DNA of 64,000 nt from Protoeuglena noctilucae. Taxonomy: Eukaryota. Below the pieces are notes generated by a model. That model had not been told where the DNA came from. It did no database searches and saw only the letters and a program-made list of their open reading frames with translations. This document shows, piece by piece, positions 1 through 11,517 of the stretch (within the stretch, counting starts at the first letter, position 1; every line of letters starts with the position of its first letter). Where the stretch lies: contig OY253678.1 in the NCBI GenBank assembly GCA_958009085.1, forward strand, positions 744,001-808,000, read 5' to 3'. The translations under genes were made by a program, and so were the position numbers.

Positions 1-715
1 AAGTTCCGGCGCTGGTCGGGTGCTGGCCGGGCCCGCCATGGCTCGTCCGCCGACCCATGCCCCTTGTCTGTCGTCTGGCGTCCGCGGCGCCCCGCAGCGG
101 TGGTCATCGACTCCTGGGGCGGCCGTCGGCACGGCGGAGTCGCGCACGCCACCATCTCCCGAGTGCCTGGCCCGAGTGCCGGAGCGCCGCTCCCCGATGG
201 AGCGGCAGCGTCCGGAACAAGCGGTCGGTGCCTCTGGCGGTGGTCGCTGCGCGCTCCCGTCGCGCCTGCGGCCGCCCGAGTCCGGCTGCATGTGCGTGCA
301 TGAGTGCGTTGCCTAGAGCGTCACGGATGGTCATGTAACCTCGGCGTAGGGATTGAAATACCAATAGCTACGCTAGGGAGCGATTACGGGCCGAACGGAG
401 CCCCCCGGGCCGCGCGGGCCCCGGAGCGCGCGTGCCCAAAAGATGCGTCCGATCGCGATCAAGATAGGTCTGATCGCGGCCGAGAAGGAAGATAGGCGGC
501 GGGATAGCCTCGGCTAACGCTTCCGGCGCCGCTGCGCTCCCGAGTGGGCCCCGCTCCCCGCGATCCCCGACCACGACGAAATGCCGCGAAACTGCTCCCA
601 GCGGCCTCTCGCATCCCGGGTGCGCCGTGGCCGTAACCGCGCCGCGTAAAACGGCCTCCCCAGGGAGATCGGGCGCGCGGCTGGAATCACTGGGCTCAAT
701 GAGGGTTTACATTAC

Positions 716-827
716 AGTCTGTGTCGTCAGTGGGATCACTGGGATGATCCCTCTGATACCCCGGGATCAGCGGGATGATCCCCACGATTCCTGGGTATCA
801 CGGGGATGATCCTACTGACGCCAGACT
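716..827. repeat. Three ~30-bp tandem units (GGGATCA-N6-TGATCC core, each self-complementary) inside an imperfect terminal inverted repeat
   Basis: Units start at 732 (gggatcactgggatgatccc), 763 (gggatcagcgggatgatccc) and 793 (gggtatcacggggatgatcc). The flanks agtctgtgtcgtcagtgggatca and tgatcctactgacgccagact are approximate reverse complements. Confidence 0.8.
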
Positions 828-1469
828 CGCGGTTTTCCCGATGATGGGATGCTTAATGCTGGCGCTCCTCCTGTTGTCCCTTCGCGTATGTGTCAGCTTA
901 GGGTTGGGGGCCGTGACAAACCCGTTCCTCGCACCGTACTTGTTCCCATTCACCGCCCCAGCCCCGGCTCGCACTGGCGAAGGCCGCTCGTGCCAAGAGC
1001 GGAAGGTTGCGCTTTCCTCCTGTGTCATTCTTGTCCGTGCCCATCCAATAGTCGAGGGGGAGGGGCTGCAGTGGGTCCCTGCGGGGCCCGCGCGGGGCAC
1101 ATGCAGGTCCGCAACTCACGGCTTTTCGGCCCGCCTCCGGTCGGGAGGGCGTGATGGGTTCGCCCAACCACTCGCGTCCGAGCTCCGCAAAGCTCAAAGA
1201 AGGTGCGCTGGTTTTCCCGCGTGGCGCGACGCCGGGAGGGGGCTGCGTGTCGTGGCCCAGGTCGCCATCGCCGTTTCATCAATTCCGGGGCATTTGTCGT
1301 CGTCGGTACCCTGTGCGCTACTCCCCTGTTTCACCTCGTTGCTCGCAGCTCTGCGGGCACACTCCGAGCGCGTCATCGGAGCGTACACGGATGGCGCGGT
1401 GAGAGCTCCACTGCTTGGCTTGTTTCTCCCTCCCTTGTTCACCTGGCCGCCCATTCCTTCGCGCGTGGC

Positions 1470-4400
1470 ATGTCAATGATGCAAGCACTCATCCGCTTTC
1501 CCGCGCGACCGCAGAACTCCTCGGCTGGAGGGGTCTCCCTGGGCCCCAGTGGCAGGTGGAGCCCACCCACGCCGACCCGGCCTCAGCCGCACCGCCGTCA
1601 CTCCGGTGAGATGCGGCGAGAGTCTGGAACCGCGCTCTCGGCGCAGCTCGCGAGCGCTGCGCCGCACCGTGCTCATCCTGCCCACATGCTCACCCCCGCC
1701 ATCGCAGAGAGGATGAAGCGGATGAAGAGCCTGGCCGCGGAGACCATTCAGTCGCTCGACCCCAATGAGATGCTCATCATCAAGCAGCCATCCCTGCCAA
1801 AGGCTCCCAGGTGTGGGCCTCCTGCGAGCGCGACACCACTGCTGGCTCTGTGCTGCATCGATGGCATGGCGCCATCACACCGCTCTTACCCTTCCCCTGC
1901 TCGCTCCGGCCCCAGCCTGAGCAACCGTCTGCCCCGCACCGGCAGCACCAGCATCAGCATCAGCACGAAGTCGCCACCGACGTCGCGGCCAGGGTCGGGA
2001 AAGCAGCGGAGCCCACAGAAGAGCCCGCAGCGGGCGGGGACGCTGGACTTTAAGGCTCTCAGGGCCCGGAAAGCGGAGATCAAGCGCCGGCCCCGGTGGG
2101 AGGGTCCCAGCCTGGCGCCCATGCTGGCGGGTGCTCAAGAGAACCTGGTGCGGCGGATGGTGCGGCTGCGGATGGTCGACAGTCCCTCGGGGTCCTCGCA
2201 GTCGCCCATCGCCTCTTCCGAAGCCGCCTCGTCGCGCCCCGGCACGGCCAAGCAGGTGCGTGGGGCGCTGGGATGATGACGACGCATGCGGAACCAACAC
2301 GGTGCTCGTAGTTTGGTGTCCTGGCACCCCCAAAGGCTTCTCCCGCACGTTCCGTGGCTTCCCCCGCTCGCAGTCCCGGCCCGCGAGTGGTGTGCGGCGG
2401 CCCAGCGTCTCTGCTGAGTTGCAGCCGGTGGACGGGGAGGCCGAGACCCGAAGCGGTGAGCGACGGACGGCACATGGGGACGCACGGTGCCAAAGCTGCA
2501 AAGGGTTTCAAAAAGGAATGAGGTTGTGTTGACTGGTTCGACAAATTGGCGAATGGAGTTCATGGAGGAGCACACCGAGTGGATAGGAGGTCCATTGCTT
2601 GCTTTGTCCCTGATCGTGCGCTCTGCCCGTCCCTTGCAGATGCGCAGGGGTCGGCACCACGAGCATCGGCAGACCGCGAGACTGCTCTTGCCAAGGAAGA
2701 TGAGGCGTCTTGGGGTGCGGAGGTTGGGGACGAGGCCGTAGAGCTGAGCCCGGAGGCGGTAGCTATCATACGGGAGGCAAAGAGGATGCTGGAGTCTGAG
2801 CTGTCAGGCACGGCCGAGACGCCGGGCGCGCGGCGGCGGCGCAGGCGGACGCAGGCGGAGGGGCCACTGCGCGTGTCGCAAGTGCGGGCGGGCAGGGCCC
2901 AGGGCACGCGGTTCCAACGGGAGCGAAACGCCAGACCCCCCGAGGTGCGAGTGGACGCTACGGGGTCATGGGGCGCGTGGAAGGTGGACGTGGTGGCGCA
3001 GGCGGACGTGCAGGTTGAGGCGCCGGGCGCCAGGGCGAAGGAGGCGGGGGCAGGTGAGCCAGGTCGGCCGTTGCATCAACTGGGTGGCTGTTGGCGCGTT
3101 ACCTGCCAACTCTAAGCTGCCTCACGATTTTGAGCAATGGGCGAGTATCGGGCATGTGCCAGTTGTCCAACGACACGCACCATGCCCAGCCAGCCCCTAC
3201 GTTGTCGCACACAGGGCAAGCACGAGAAGGGTGGGCCGCCAGCACGGCACCGGCGGCTGCGTCTGCATCCCCCGGAGACTCTCCGCCCGCGTCGCCCAGG
3301 AGAGGAGCCGCGGCGGTGCAGAGGGGCGTGCTCCGGGGCCGCCTGCTCCTGGAGCTGCCCAGCGGAGCGAAGGGTGTGGGCGGGGCGTCGCCCCCACGTG
3401 CCGCCATGCAGGTGTCCGGGAGGCGCCCGGGGCAGGACCGATCGGCCCCCGCGCAGGGCTCAGCGGCGTTCCTGTCGAGTGGCCGAGAAGGCCGGGCGCC
3501 TGCGGCCCAAGGCCCGCCTGGCCATGCGCAGCAGCACACGGTCTTGTCTGTTTCGACGGTACCGATGTCTGGCACTGACGTTGCTGTCGGGAACGCCCGT
3601 GTCGAGGCGAAGCAGGCGCCCTGGCCCGCACAGCAGACGCACGGACATGCGCATGCGTCAACGACGGGCGACGTCCAGGGCCGAGGCCAGGCGCCCAGGG
3701 ACACAGCGGGGGCGGGTCCCTCGTTCCGCACTCTGGTCATGTCGGGGGTGAGCGACGCGGGGGGGTTTGGCTTGGCAATGGGGGGTGCACTTTCAGGTTG
3801 TGTGCAGTATGGCTGGCCCTGCACTTGCCGTGCCACAACATCGTCTACAGTAGCGTGCACTGGTAGAGTATTGGGAGAGAAAGAGAGACTTACAGATTGC
3901 CGCCACGACTGGCACGCAGGAGGGCTACTCGCAAGCCACGGTGGACGACTTTGTGCTGCCGCTGGACGACGAGGAAGGGGACGACGACGTCGACTTTGCA
4001 CAGGACGACTCTTTGGGCAACGGGGCCGGCTTCCCACCCCACGACTTAGGTGAGTCATATCATGTCCCTACCCGGTGCAGACAATGTGCGTGCTGTGCGC
4101 AGACCTTCCCTATACCCAGGCGCGGGTGCTGGCAAACGCCCACGCCTCCAATCGCACTTCTCACGCACATTCTCTATGCCGAATGTCGAGTGAGAGACTG
4201 ACCTCCTGTTGCTCGCGCAGGGGTGCTGGCAGACCCATCTGCACGCGGTGGCCCGCCCCCACTTGAGGCGCGCCGCTCCAAGCGCCTGAGCCTGGGGCGG
4301 GTGTCGGACCTGCAGCGCATTCCGGAGAACGAGGTAGCGCACGCGGACGAGCTGGAGGTCGAGCAGCAGATCGAGGCCCTGGCGACGGACGCGGGGGCGG

Positions 4401-7400
4401 CGCAGACCGTGTCAGGATTGCCCTTGCACGAGGACCCACCCTGGGCTGTGACGTGGGTGCCTGCGGAAAGGGCCGACGACGCGGGCGCGGGCGCCGCGGG
4501 TCCCGGCGCCACGCTGTCTCTGTCGATGATCCTGGCCGAGGCCGAGGCGGATGACGTGGGGCAGGTCGACGTCGTGCACCTCACGCAGCGGGACTTGTGC
4601 GCGGTGGACCCCAGGGGACTCAACACGGTGAGTTGTGGTGGCATGGCATGTCAAAAATCAGCGTTGGTTATGGGGACGACGCGGAGTGGGTGTAACCGCA
4701 CACGCTTCCTTTGCGTCCTTAGCTGACCGCCCCTCTCTCCTCGTGCTGCAGCTTCTGGAGCTGAAGGAGTTGGACCTGTCGGAGAATTACCTCCCCGACC
4801 TCGCCTGCCTGGCGGGGCTGTACTGCCTGCAGACGCTCCTTGTGCCCCTCAACACCCTCCGCACCGTGGGACCCCTCAGGTAAGCCCCGGTCAGCCATGC
4901 CTGGCGCCACGCTGCGATAGACGCAGCTCCCAATGCCTCATTATGTGCTCCAGCCTCACTTATACACCATCCCAACCGTCCCAACCCCCCTCACTCACCG
5001 GTGCACTCATCCGCACCCCCGCTTTGGCCCCCCAGCGACGACGCCTTCCTGCGCCTGACCACCCTCGACGTTTCCTACAACTGCCTGGCGTCAGACGCAC
5101 TCCAGACCCTCGGCGACCTCCCGTCCTTGGAGCACCTGGACCTGTCGGGGAATGACCTGGGGGCACTACCCAGCGAAGTGGGGCCCTTCTCGTCCCTGAG
5201 GAAGCTGGTCCTCGCCAACTGTGGCATCGACGGCGCCGCGCTCCTGCCCCTCGCGCCCCTGCCGTCCCTGGAAGAGCTCTACATGGTGAGGAGAGCCCCA
5301 TGTAATACTTGGAATGCTTTCCTCCCCACCGCTGTCGTCCCAGCCACTGCCCACCCCTCCACGCCACCCTAACCCCATTCCCCTCCACTCAAGCCATTCA
5401 CCTCCACTTAACCAAAGCCCCTCCTCCCCCCCAGGGCGACAACCGCGTGGTCGGCATCCCCAAAGGCGTCAGCGTGGCAGGCCACTTCCCCGCACTCCAC
5501 ACCCTCGACCTGAGCAACAACCGCGTCGCCCTGGAGCAGCACATCGCGCCTCTGGGGTCGCTGCCCGCCCTCAAGCGAGTCTACCTCCTGGGCAACCCCT
5601 TACCCAAACGGAGAAGGTGAGGCGTTACATGGAGGAAGCACATGGCACAGTGCAGGACAGAGCACACGACAGCACACGCAGCCTCTTCTGTAGGGTTAGC
5701 CCGGCACTCTCCTCCCCATCCGCCCGCAGAGACAAGGCCGGCCTGGGCGGTCAGCTGGTGTTCCAAGCCGTGCCGTCCTCCACGCCGCCCACGGCCGAGG
5801 TCATGCCGGACCCCAGGGACGGCACCCGGGTGCGCGTGCGCACGCCCAGCACCCTCGACCCGGCCCTCGCGGTCGGCGCCACGGCCAGGCAGGCCCCGCG
5901 GGACGCCCCGAGGGCTGCGGCGCCGACGGGCGAGCAGGCGCGGACACTCGCGGCGCGTCGCGCACAGCACCTGATGGGTGGGGTGTTCCTGGACGTGAGG
6001 GAGCACGGGGCGGGGGGCCGTGGCAAGGCGCGCGACGACCCCTTTCTGGGCATGGAGGTGCTGGGGGAGCTGCGGGTGGACGAGCTGACGGGGGAGGTTG
6101 CGCAGGACTGGGACATGTCAGGGGCGCTCGTGTCAGGTGCGTCGTGGGTAGGAGACATGCCTATGTGATTGGTAGTGACAAGGAGCGCGGTGGCACTGCC
6201 TGCCAACTCCACATTGCCCCTGCCGGCCCGCGTCCACCCAACCTCGCGACTCATCTCAGCAACTGCGCCCATCCCTGCCCTCGCCCCTGTCTCCGCAGTG
6301 CCCCACGACCGCGTACTCCTGGCCTTCTCCCGCATCCACCACGTGGTCGAATCTGACGCCCGACTCAGCGCGGTCGAGTCGGCCCAGCGCGCCGCCAGCC
6401 TGGCCCCCAGCGCGCGCATGCTGAGGTCCGTGCGCAGCCCCGACGACGACGGGATCTTCCGCAGACCTCAAGATGATGACGATGCTGCGGAAGCTCAGCG
6501 GTCGGTCCAGGAGGCTCCAATCCCGGTGCCCTCCTCCCGCGCGGCAGGCAGCAACGCCAACATGGGATCGGGTGCGTAGCCTAGTGAAACGCCGCAAGCC
6601 ACATGCAGACCCTTTGCCTTGTTAGGCCCTTTTGTGTCCGTGTGAGGGCTCGTGCCGGCATTGGCGTGCCCTGCCGCTACAAGCCCGGCGCAAGCCCCGG
6701 CCTCGCGCCACGCAGTGTGCATCTGCTCTCTTCCCGCAGTGAGCTCTGGCCTGGCGGCGTCGGCGGGGGAGCAGTCGGTTGACCTGGCGTCAGAGTTAGG
6801 CCGTGTCACGCACGCTGCGGACGGGACGTTCACCTTTTCGCTCCCTGACGACGGCAGCCACGGAGGGGCCGCGTCAGGGTCGGGGTCTCCCCGGCTCATG
6901 CCCGGGAGCGGGGCCAGCGGGGCGCGAAGGCGAGTCGTGCTCTGTGTGGCCTACATACCAGCTCTCCTACCTCTGAGTGGCACGCAAGTGATCTCTATCT
7001 ATCTAGCAGCAGAGTCACTACTCTTGCCTCAAGCAAGAGCGACAGAGTTGCCTCGGCACAGCATAGTTACCGCGTCGTGATTGCTGCCCTTCGTCGCCCG
7101 CTACAGGTCGTGGCAGGTCGCCTCGGGCGACGTGGGCATCCCCGGTCTCCCGCGGGGCCGCAAGAGCAACTTGCTGGACGGGCTGGAGGGCGTGGTGCGC
7201 CAGGGCAGTGCCCTCGAGACCATTCCCTCCGTCGGGGACGTCGGCCCCAGCGGATCCCTCTCCGACCTCGGCCCCTCATCGTCGCAGGTGAGGCTACATG
7301 GTTGTTAAGGCCCGGCACAGCGACGCGCACGACGCTGCTGCACGAGAAGCTTTGGGCGCCTGACGCCGCAGCTGACCTGACAACATAGCCTCTAGCTATG

Positions 7401-8784
7401 CCATGCGTTTTGGAGGCGTACAGACTGTCCGACGTCCGTCTCGTTCGCTCAGATGGACATCGGGAAGGAGCGGAGCGGCATGTTCAGCGCCCGCCGTCCG
7501 TCCCCGCTCGCGCTGCACGCGGCGGAGAGTGAGGCGTCGATGGCCGATTCTGGGACCGTGGACGAATTCGGCGACGACTTGGACGGCGACGACGGATTCG
7601 GCCTGGGGCTGCTGGGGCCGGGGGCGCGGTGGGCCCTGCAGCGGGCCGAGGGCGGGGGGCAGCGGAAGGCACAGGACGAGGACCCGACGGCGTGGGTGGC
7701 GGCGGAGCTGAGGGCCGCGGGGCTGAGCGGCGATGGCGCAGACGCGGCGGCGGGCACGGGGTACCCCCCGGAGGACGCCGTCCGTCGCCTGCGGGACGCG
7801 CTGCGGCACACCGGCATGCCCCGGGGGCCCCGGCTGGGCCTGCACCCGCGCTCACGGCGCGCGCGGGCGCGCATCGCGGAGATCCTCGCGGCGTCGCGCG
7901 CCGCGGAGGCGGGGGATGCCGGTTGCGGCGGGAGGTCGTCTCCCGTGCGGGGCAGCGTTGCGGGCACGGCGGGGTCCGTGGCGGCGACGGCGGGCACCGG
8001 GCCCTCGGAGATCGACGTGGCGGCCGGGTCCGGGGCGCGCGGGGCGTCGCCAAGCCTGGCCATCGCGCTGCCGCGGTGGGGCGCGGACCGGCTGCCTTCG
8101 CGCGGCACCGCCCTCGCGCGGCGGGTGGAGGGCCTCCGCGCACACTTGGAGGTCATCCGCGCGCACCTGGCGTCCGCGGGTGCAGAGCCTGACTCGGTCC
8201 GCCCGGAGCCGCTGGCCGCGACCATTGCACGCGACGTGGGTCGCATCAAGGGCGTGGATGTGTCGGGGGATTTTGTGGACGCGGAGCCGGCCTCCACGTC
8301 GCCCGTGCGGTCGCTCACGGCCCGCCGCGCCCGCACCGACGCGACGCGCGCCTCGGCCCACCCGGGGGCGGCGGCCCTGAGTCAGGTCGCGTCAGAAACC
8401 CGCGGGAGCTCCGCGGAGGGCCCGACAATCGTCGACGGCGGGCTGCCGGGGATCGCGGAGGCGGCCCTGGCGGGGTCTCTGGTCCGGCGGTACCCGGAGG
8501 TGTCGGAGTCCTCCGGCCGTGGGGGCGGCGACAGCACGGGGGCAGGCGGGGCCGAGGGTGGCCCGGGCTCGCGCGGCGGGCTCCTGCGCGGCAGCTCCGT
8601 GAGCACGTCGAGCGTGCCCGCGCCCCTCCCCGCGGCGTCGCCGGTGCCGGGGCCCCGCGCGTCGATGGGCATGGACGGCGGCGGCATGTCCGGGCCCATT
8701 CGCTTCCGGGTGGCGCCCGTCCTCGCCGCCGCGCCGGCCAGGACGGCGCCCGTCGCGGCGGGGGCGCGCGTCACGGCGCCCTGA
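1470..8784 (+). CDS. Large multi-exon leucine-rich repeat protein, XRRA1-like, with long low-complexity N- and C-terminal regions
   Basis: Exons join in frame through donors near 2256, 2456, 3054, 3748, 4050, 4629, 4880, 5287, 5617, 6137, 6572, 6930 (GC) and 7288. The LRR core LKELDLSENYL...LTTLDVSYNCL...LEHLDLSGNDL...FPALHTLDLSNNRV...VYLLGNPL resembles XRRA1 as recalled. Start codon uncertain. Confidence 0.75.
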
Positions 8785-9136
8785 CTGGGAATGCTGTCAT
8801 GTTCCTGGCGTCGGAGCTGACTCCTAGCTTAGCCGGCCGCATTACTTGCCCTTGCGCAAGTTGCTCTGGGCGTCTTTGGGGTTGAGGATGGGTTGTGTGC
8901 TCATTGTGCGTTTAAAGATGCACCTTGAGTTGCCATCATGTCCAGCCCCGACAGATCGTCTACTTGCGTCACATGTCTGTCGCCGTCCATTCCACCTCCT
9001 TCTCTGGGCACCATACACCTGCAAGCAGCAGAAACAATTTTCTTGGTTGGCACACTTCATCTGTCGCCAGCCACCAACTTGCGCCCTTGCCATCCTCCCG
9101 CACCTGCCTCGCCCGAACCGATGCTTACGCCCTCCT

Positions 9137-9589
9137 AGATGTTCTTCAGCATCCACACGAGCACGGCCCAGACCGACTCCTTGAAGGCGTCGATCCCCTC
9201 GGTCGTCTCCGAGCGCAGACCTTCCCAGTGCATTGCAGCGAGCCCTGCCCAGGCAGGCACAGCCGTCCCCAATGCCTTGCGGACCAACGCCGCCCAGTCC
9301 TCGTCCTTGAGAGCTGAGAGGCACAGACATCAACAATATCTCAATAATTAGTTAATAAGTTTGCTGTGAGTCGAAGCATCATATGCAAAAAAGTGCATCA
9401 TCACTTGCCTTGATAAATGGACTCGACCTCCTTCCGGTAGCGTCGTTCGATTTCGCAGGGGATAGATTTTTGAACCAGGTTCACGCGAATTCCGCGCGTC
9501 GCCGGCGTGCCAACTTCGTAGATCGTCATCTCCACGTTCCGTGCCTGCACGCCATTCCCACCGCTGATGCCAACCGTCAGCGGGGCCAT
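9137..9589 (-). CDS. Small two-exon orphan protein (~118 aa)
   Basis: MAPLTVGISGG...KEVESIYQ joins ALKDEDWAALVRK...VWMLKNI* through a GC-AG intron at 9314-9408 (AG|GCAAGT...CTCAG). No domain recognised. The start could lie further upstream. Confidence 0.55.
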
Positions 9590-11517
9590 GGGCTGGTGAC
9601 ACGCGAGCCTCGGCGAACGCGCCGGAAGAACAACCGTGAGCCGGTCCGCGATCCACACGTCTCGGCGCAGCGCCTCGGTCGCGCAGCGCGAGGGCCTGGC
9701 AAGCAAATGGCTCAGAGCACAACACGATGTATGGGTCGGCGACAGACGATATTAGGGAAGTATCAGGGCTTCGGGGCCATATACTATCGGAATTAGGGTC
9801 AAGCAGAAGCCCTTCCGAGCGGGGGTCGGGGGAGCTTGAGCTCCCCCGTTTGCGGAGGCCAGGTGCATGATGCAGGAGACGCGACATTTTTTTAGCGCGC
9901 CCGGTAGCGTGCATTCATCCAACAGGCATTGATTTCTATTATGCTGTGTTTCGCAGAATTTTGTGACGGCCACGAAGCCAAATGGGTCACCCCCGCTTGG
10001 GTCGCATCAAATAGGGTGCAGCTGGGGGCGGGGCATGCCAGGCCGGCCGGGGCGGTCCGGGATAGCATTAAAACACGCACTTTTCCTTGTCTTACAAGAA
10101 TGCGACCATCGGCGCGCGTCCGCGTTGACGCCTCTCGCGGCACTGCACATTTAGTCACGTCTCGGACCAGCTACCACTCGCACAACTCGCGTTAACAAAG
10201 CAGTGAATGCGAACGCACCTGTCAGTATCACGTTTCACTTCATACCCTCCATACAGCGAAGCAATTTTCCTACAAGAGGGCATCCCCTGTCTGAGGGTAC
10301 TCTAGCCACCGCCGTCGATTGGCATCGACCGCGCAGGGATGGACGTTAAGCCACGGGGAGGCATGTTACATGCATGTTGCTCACCCTGCCCTAAGCTAAC
10401 TATAGACAGTGGCACAGGGCTGCCCTCATCGGCTCGTCGACGAGGGTAGGCGTCACACACTGTGAGTCGTCGACAACAAGTCGGGCCTTGTGGCTTTGTC
10501 CCAGAGTCATCTGGTGCACCGCCGGTGGCACAAATAAGGATGGGAGGAGCGGTTGGACCTCCCTAGTCACCTCCTCATAAGCCTGCATCCACATGGGTCA
10601 TAAAAGAAAGGCAGCGGAAGCTGTTTATGCAGCCCCTTAAAGCCCGCCCTCTTCATAACTTCCATTCAACCTCGGTCGCGCTGGCATCGGTCATCATGCA
10701 GCTGAGTAGGTGGCGGGGCGACGAGCACGCAGGTGCATCAGTGGGTTAGGAACGGGACGCGGGAGGAGGGTCAGAAAATGGGCCCGCGAGTCCGGCAAAG
10801 GGCAGCCGGCCGCGGGGTGGGTCCAAGGGTGGTGGATGATGGGGTCACGGGGTTGGCAGCGCGAACGAGCCGGCCGGGCAGCAACGCACCGGCTTCCCGG
10901 GAGCGTTCGCTGCAAATGCCGGGTGGGAAAGGCAAAGTGGGAGGTCCGCTCCGAGCGGGCGGGAGGCGCGCAGCAGGCGCCCTCGGCTCGAGGTCCCTCC
11001 CAACGGGGGTCATGGCACGCCTCTACGGTGCCAACCCCCCTCGGCGTAAAAGCGGCAGCAAGCCAAGCTGCCTGGTTGTGGGAAAAGGGAGTCGCGCGCG
11101 CACATGCCTCAGCTCCGTCATCAGTAGACACGTGTGCATCCTCGGGAGCATAGGAGCGAGGCCTAGGGGAATGGGGGGCGGGGGTGGTGCTAACAGGTCG
11201 CCTGCTGAGGGGTGCGGCAGGGCAGAGGCCAGGGGCGGCAGGCGGAGATGAGCGAGCCAGTTGGGGCCACCGGCGGGTGGACAGGTGAGCATGCAGCAGC
11301 GAGCTGCGCGGGCAGGCGTGCGATGGCCCGCACGCACATGTAGTACCCAGACAGACGGCCCCAACCAAGCTGGCGCAGATGCGGGCTCTGTGCGGCTGTC
11401 GTCGCAAACAGCGCTTGTCAAGGTACCGGCGTCACCCTCCAGCGTCGCGCCGACGCTCGCAGCTAGCGGTGTTGTCAGGTAGGGGCCCGCACGGAGGCGG
11501 CTGCTCCACAGCACATC

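Noticed and set aside
1..330. Partial gene running off the left edge on the - strand
   Set aside because: Open frames exist, but no motif or splice support identifies the correct one.
716..827. CRISPR array
   Set aside because: Eukaryotic context, only three degenerate units, ~10-nt linkers and no cas genes. Kept as a palindromic repeat.
898..910. Telomere-like TTAGGG
   Set aside because: Single copy, no array.
775..1479. 234-aa ORF and other long Arg/Pro/Gly-rich ORFs in the track
   Set aside because: No recognisable motifs. Long stop-free frames are expected at this GC content, and many are antisense shadows of real exons.
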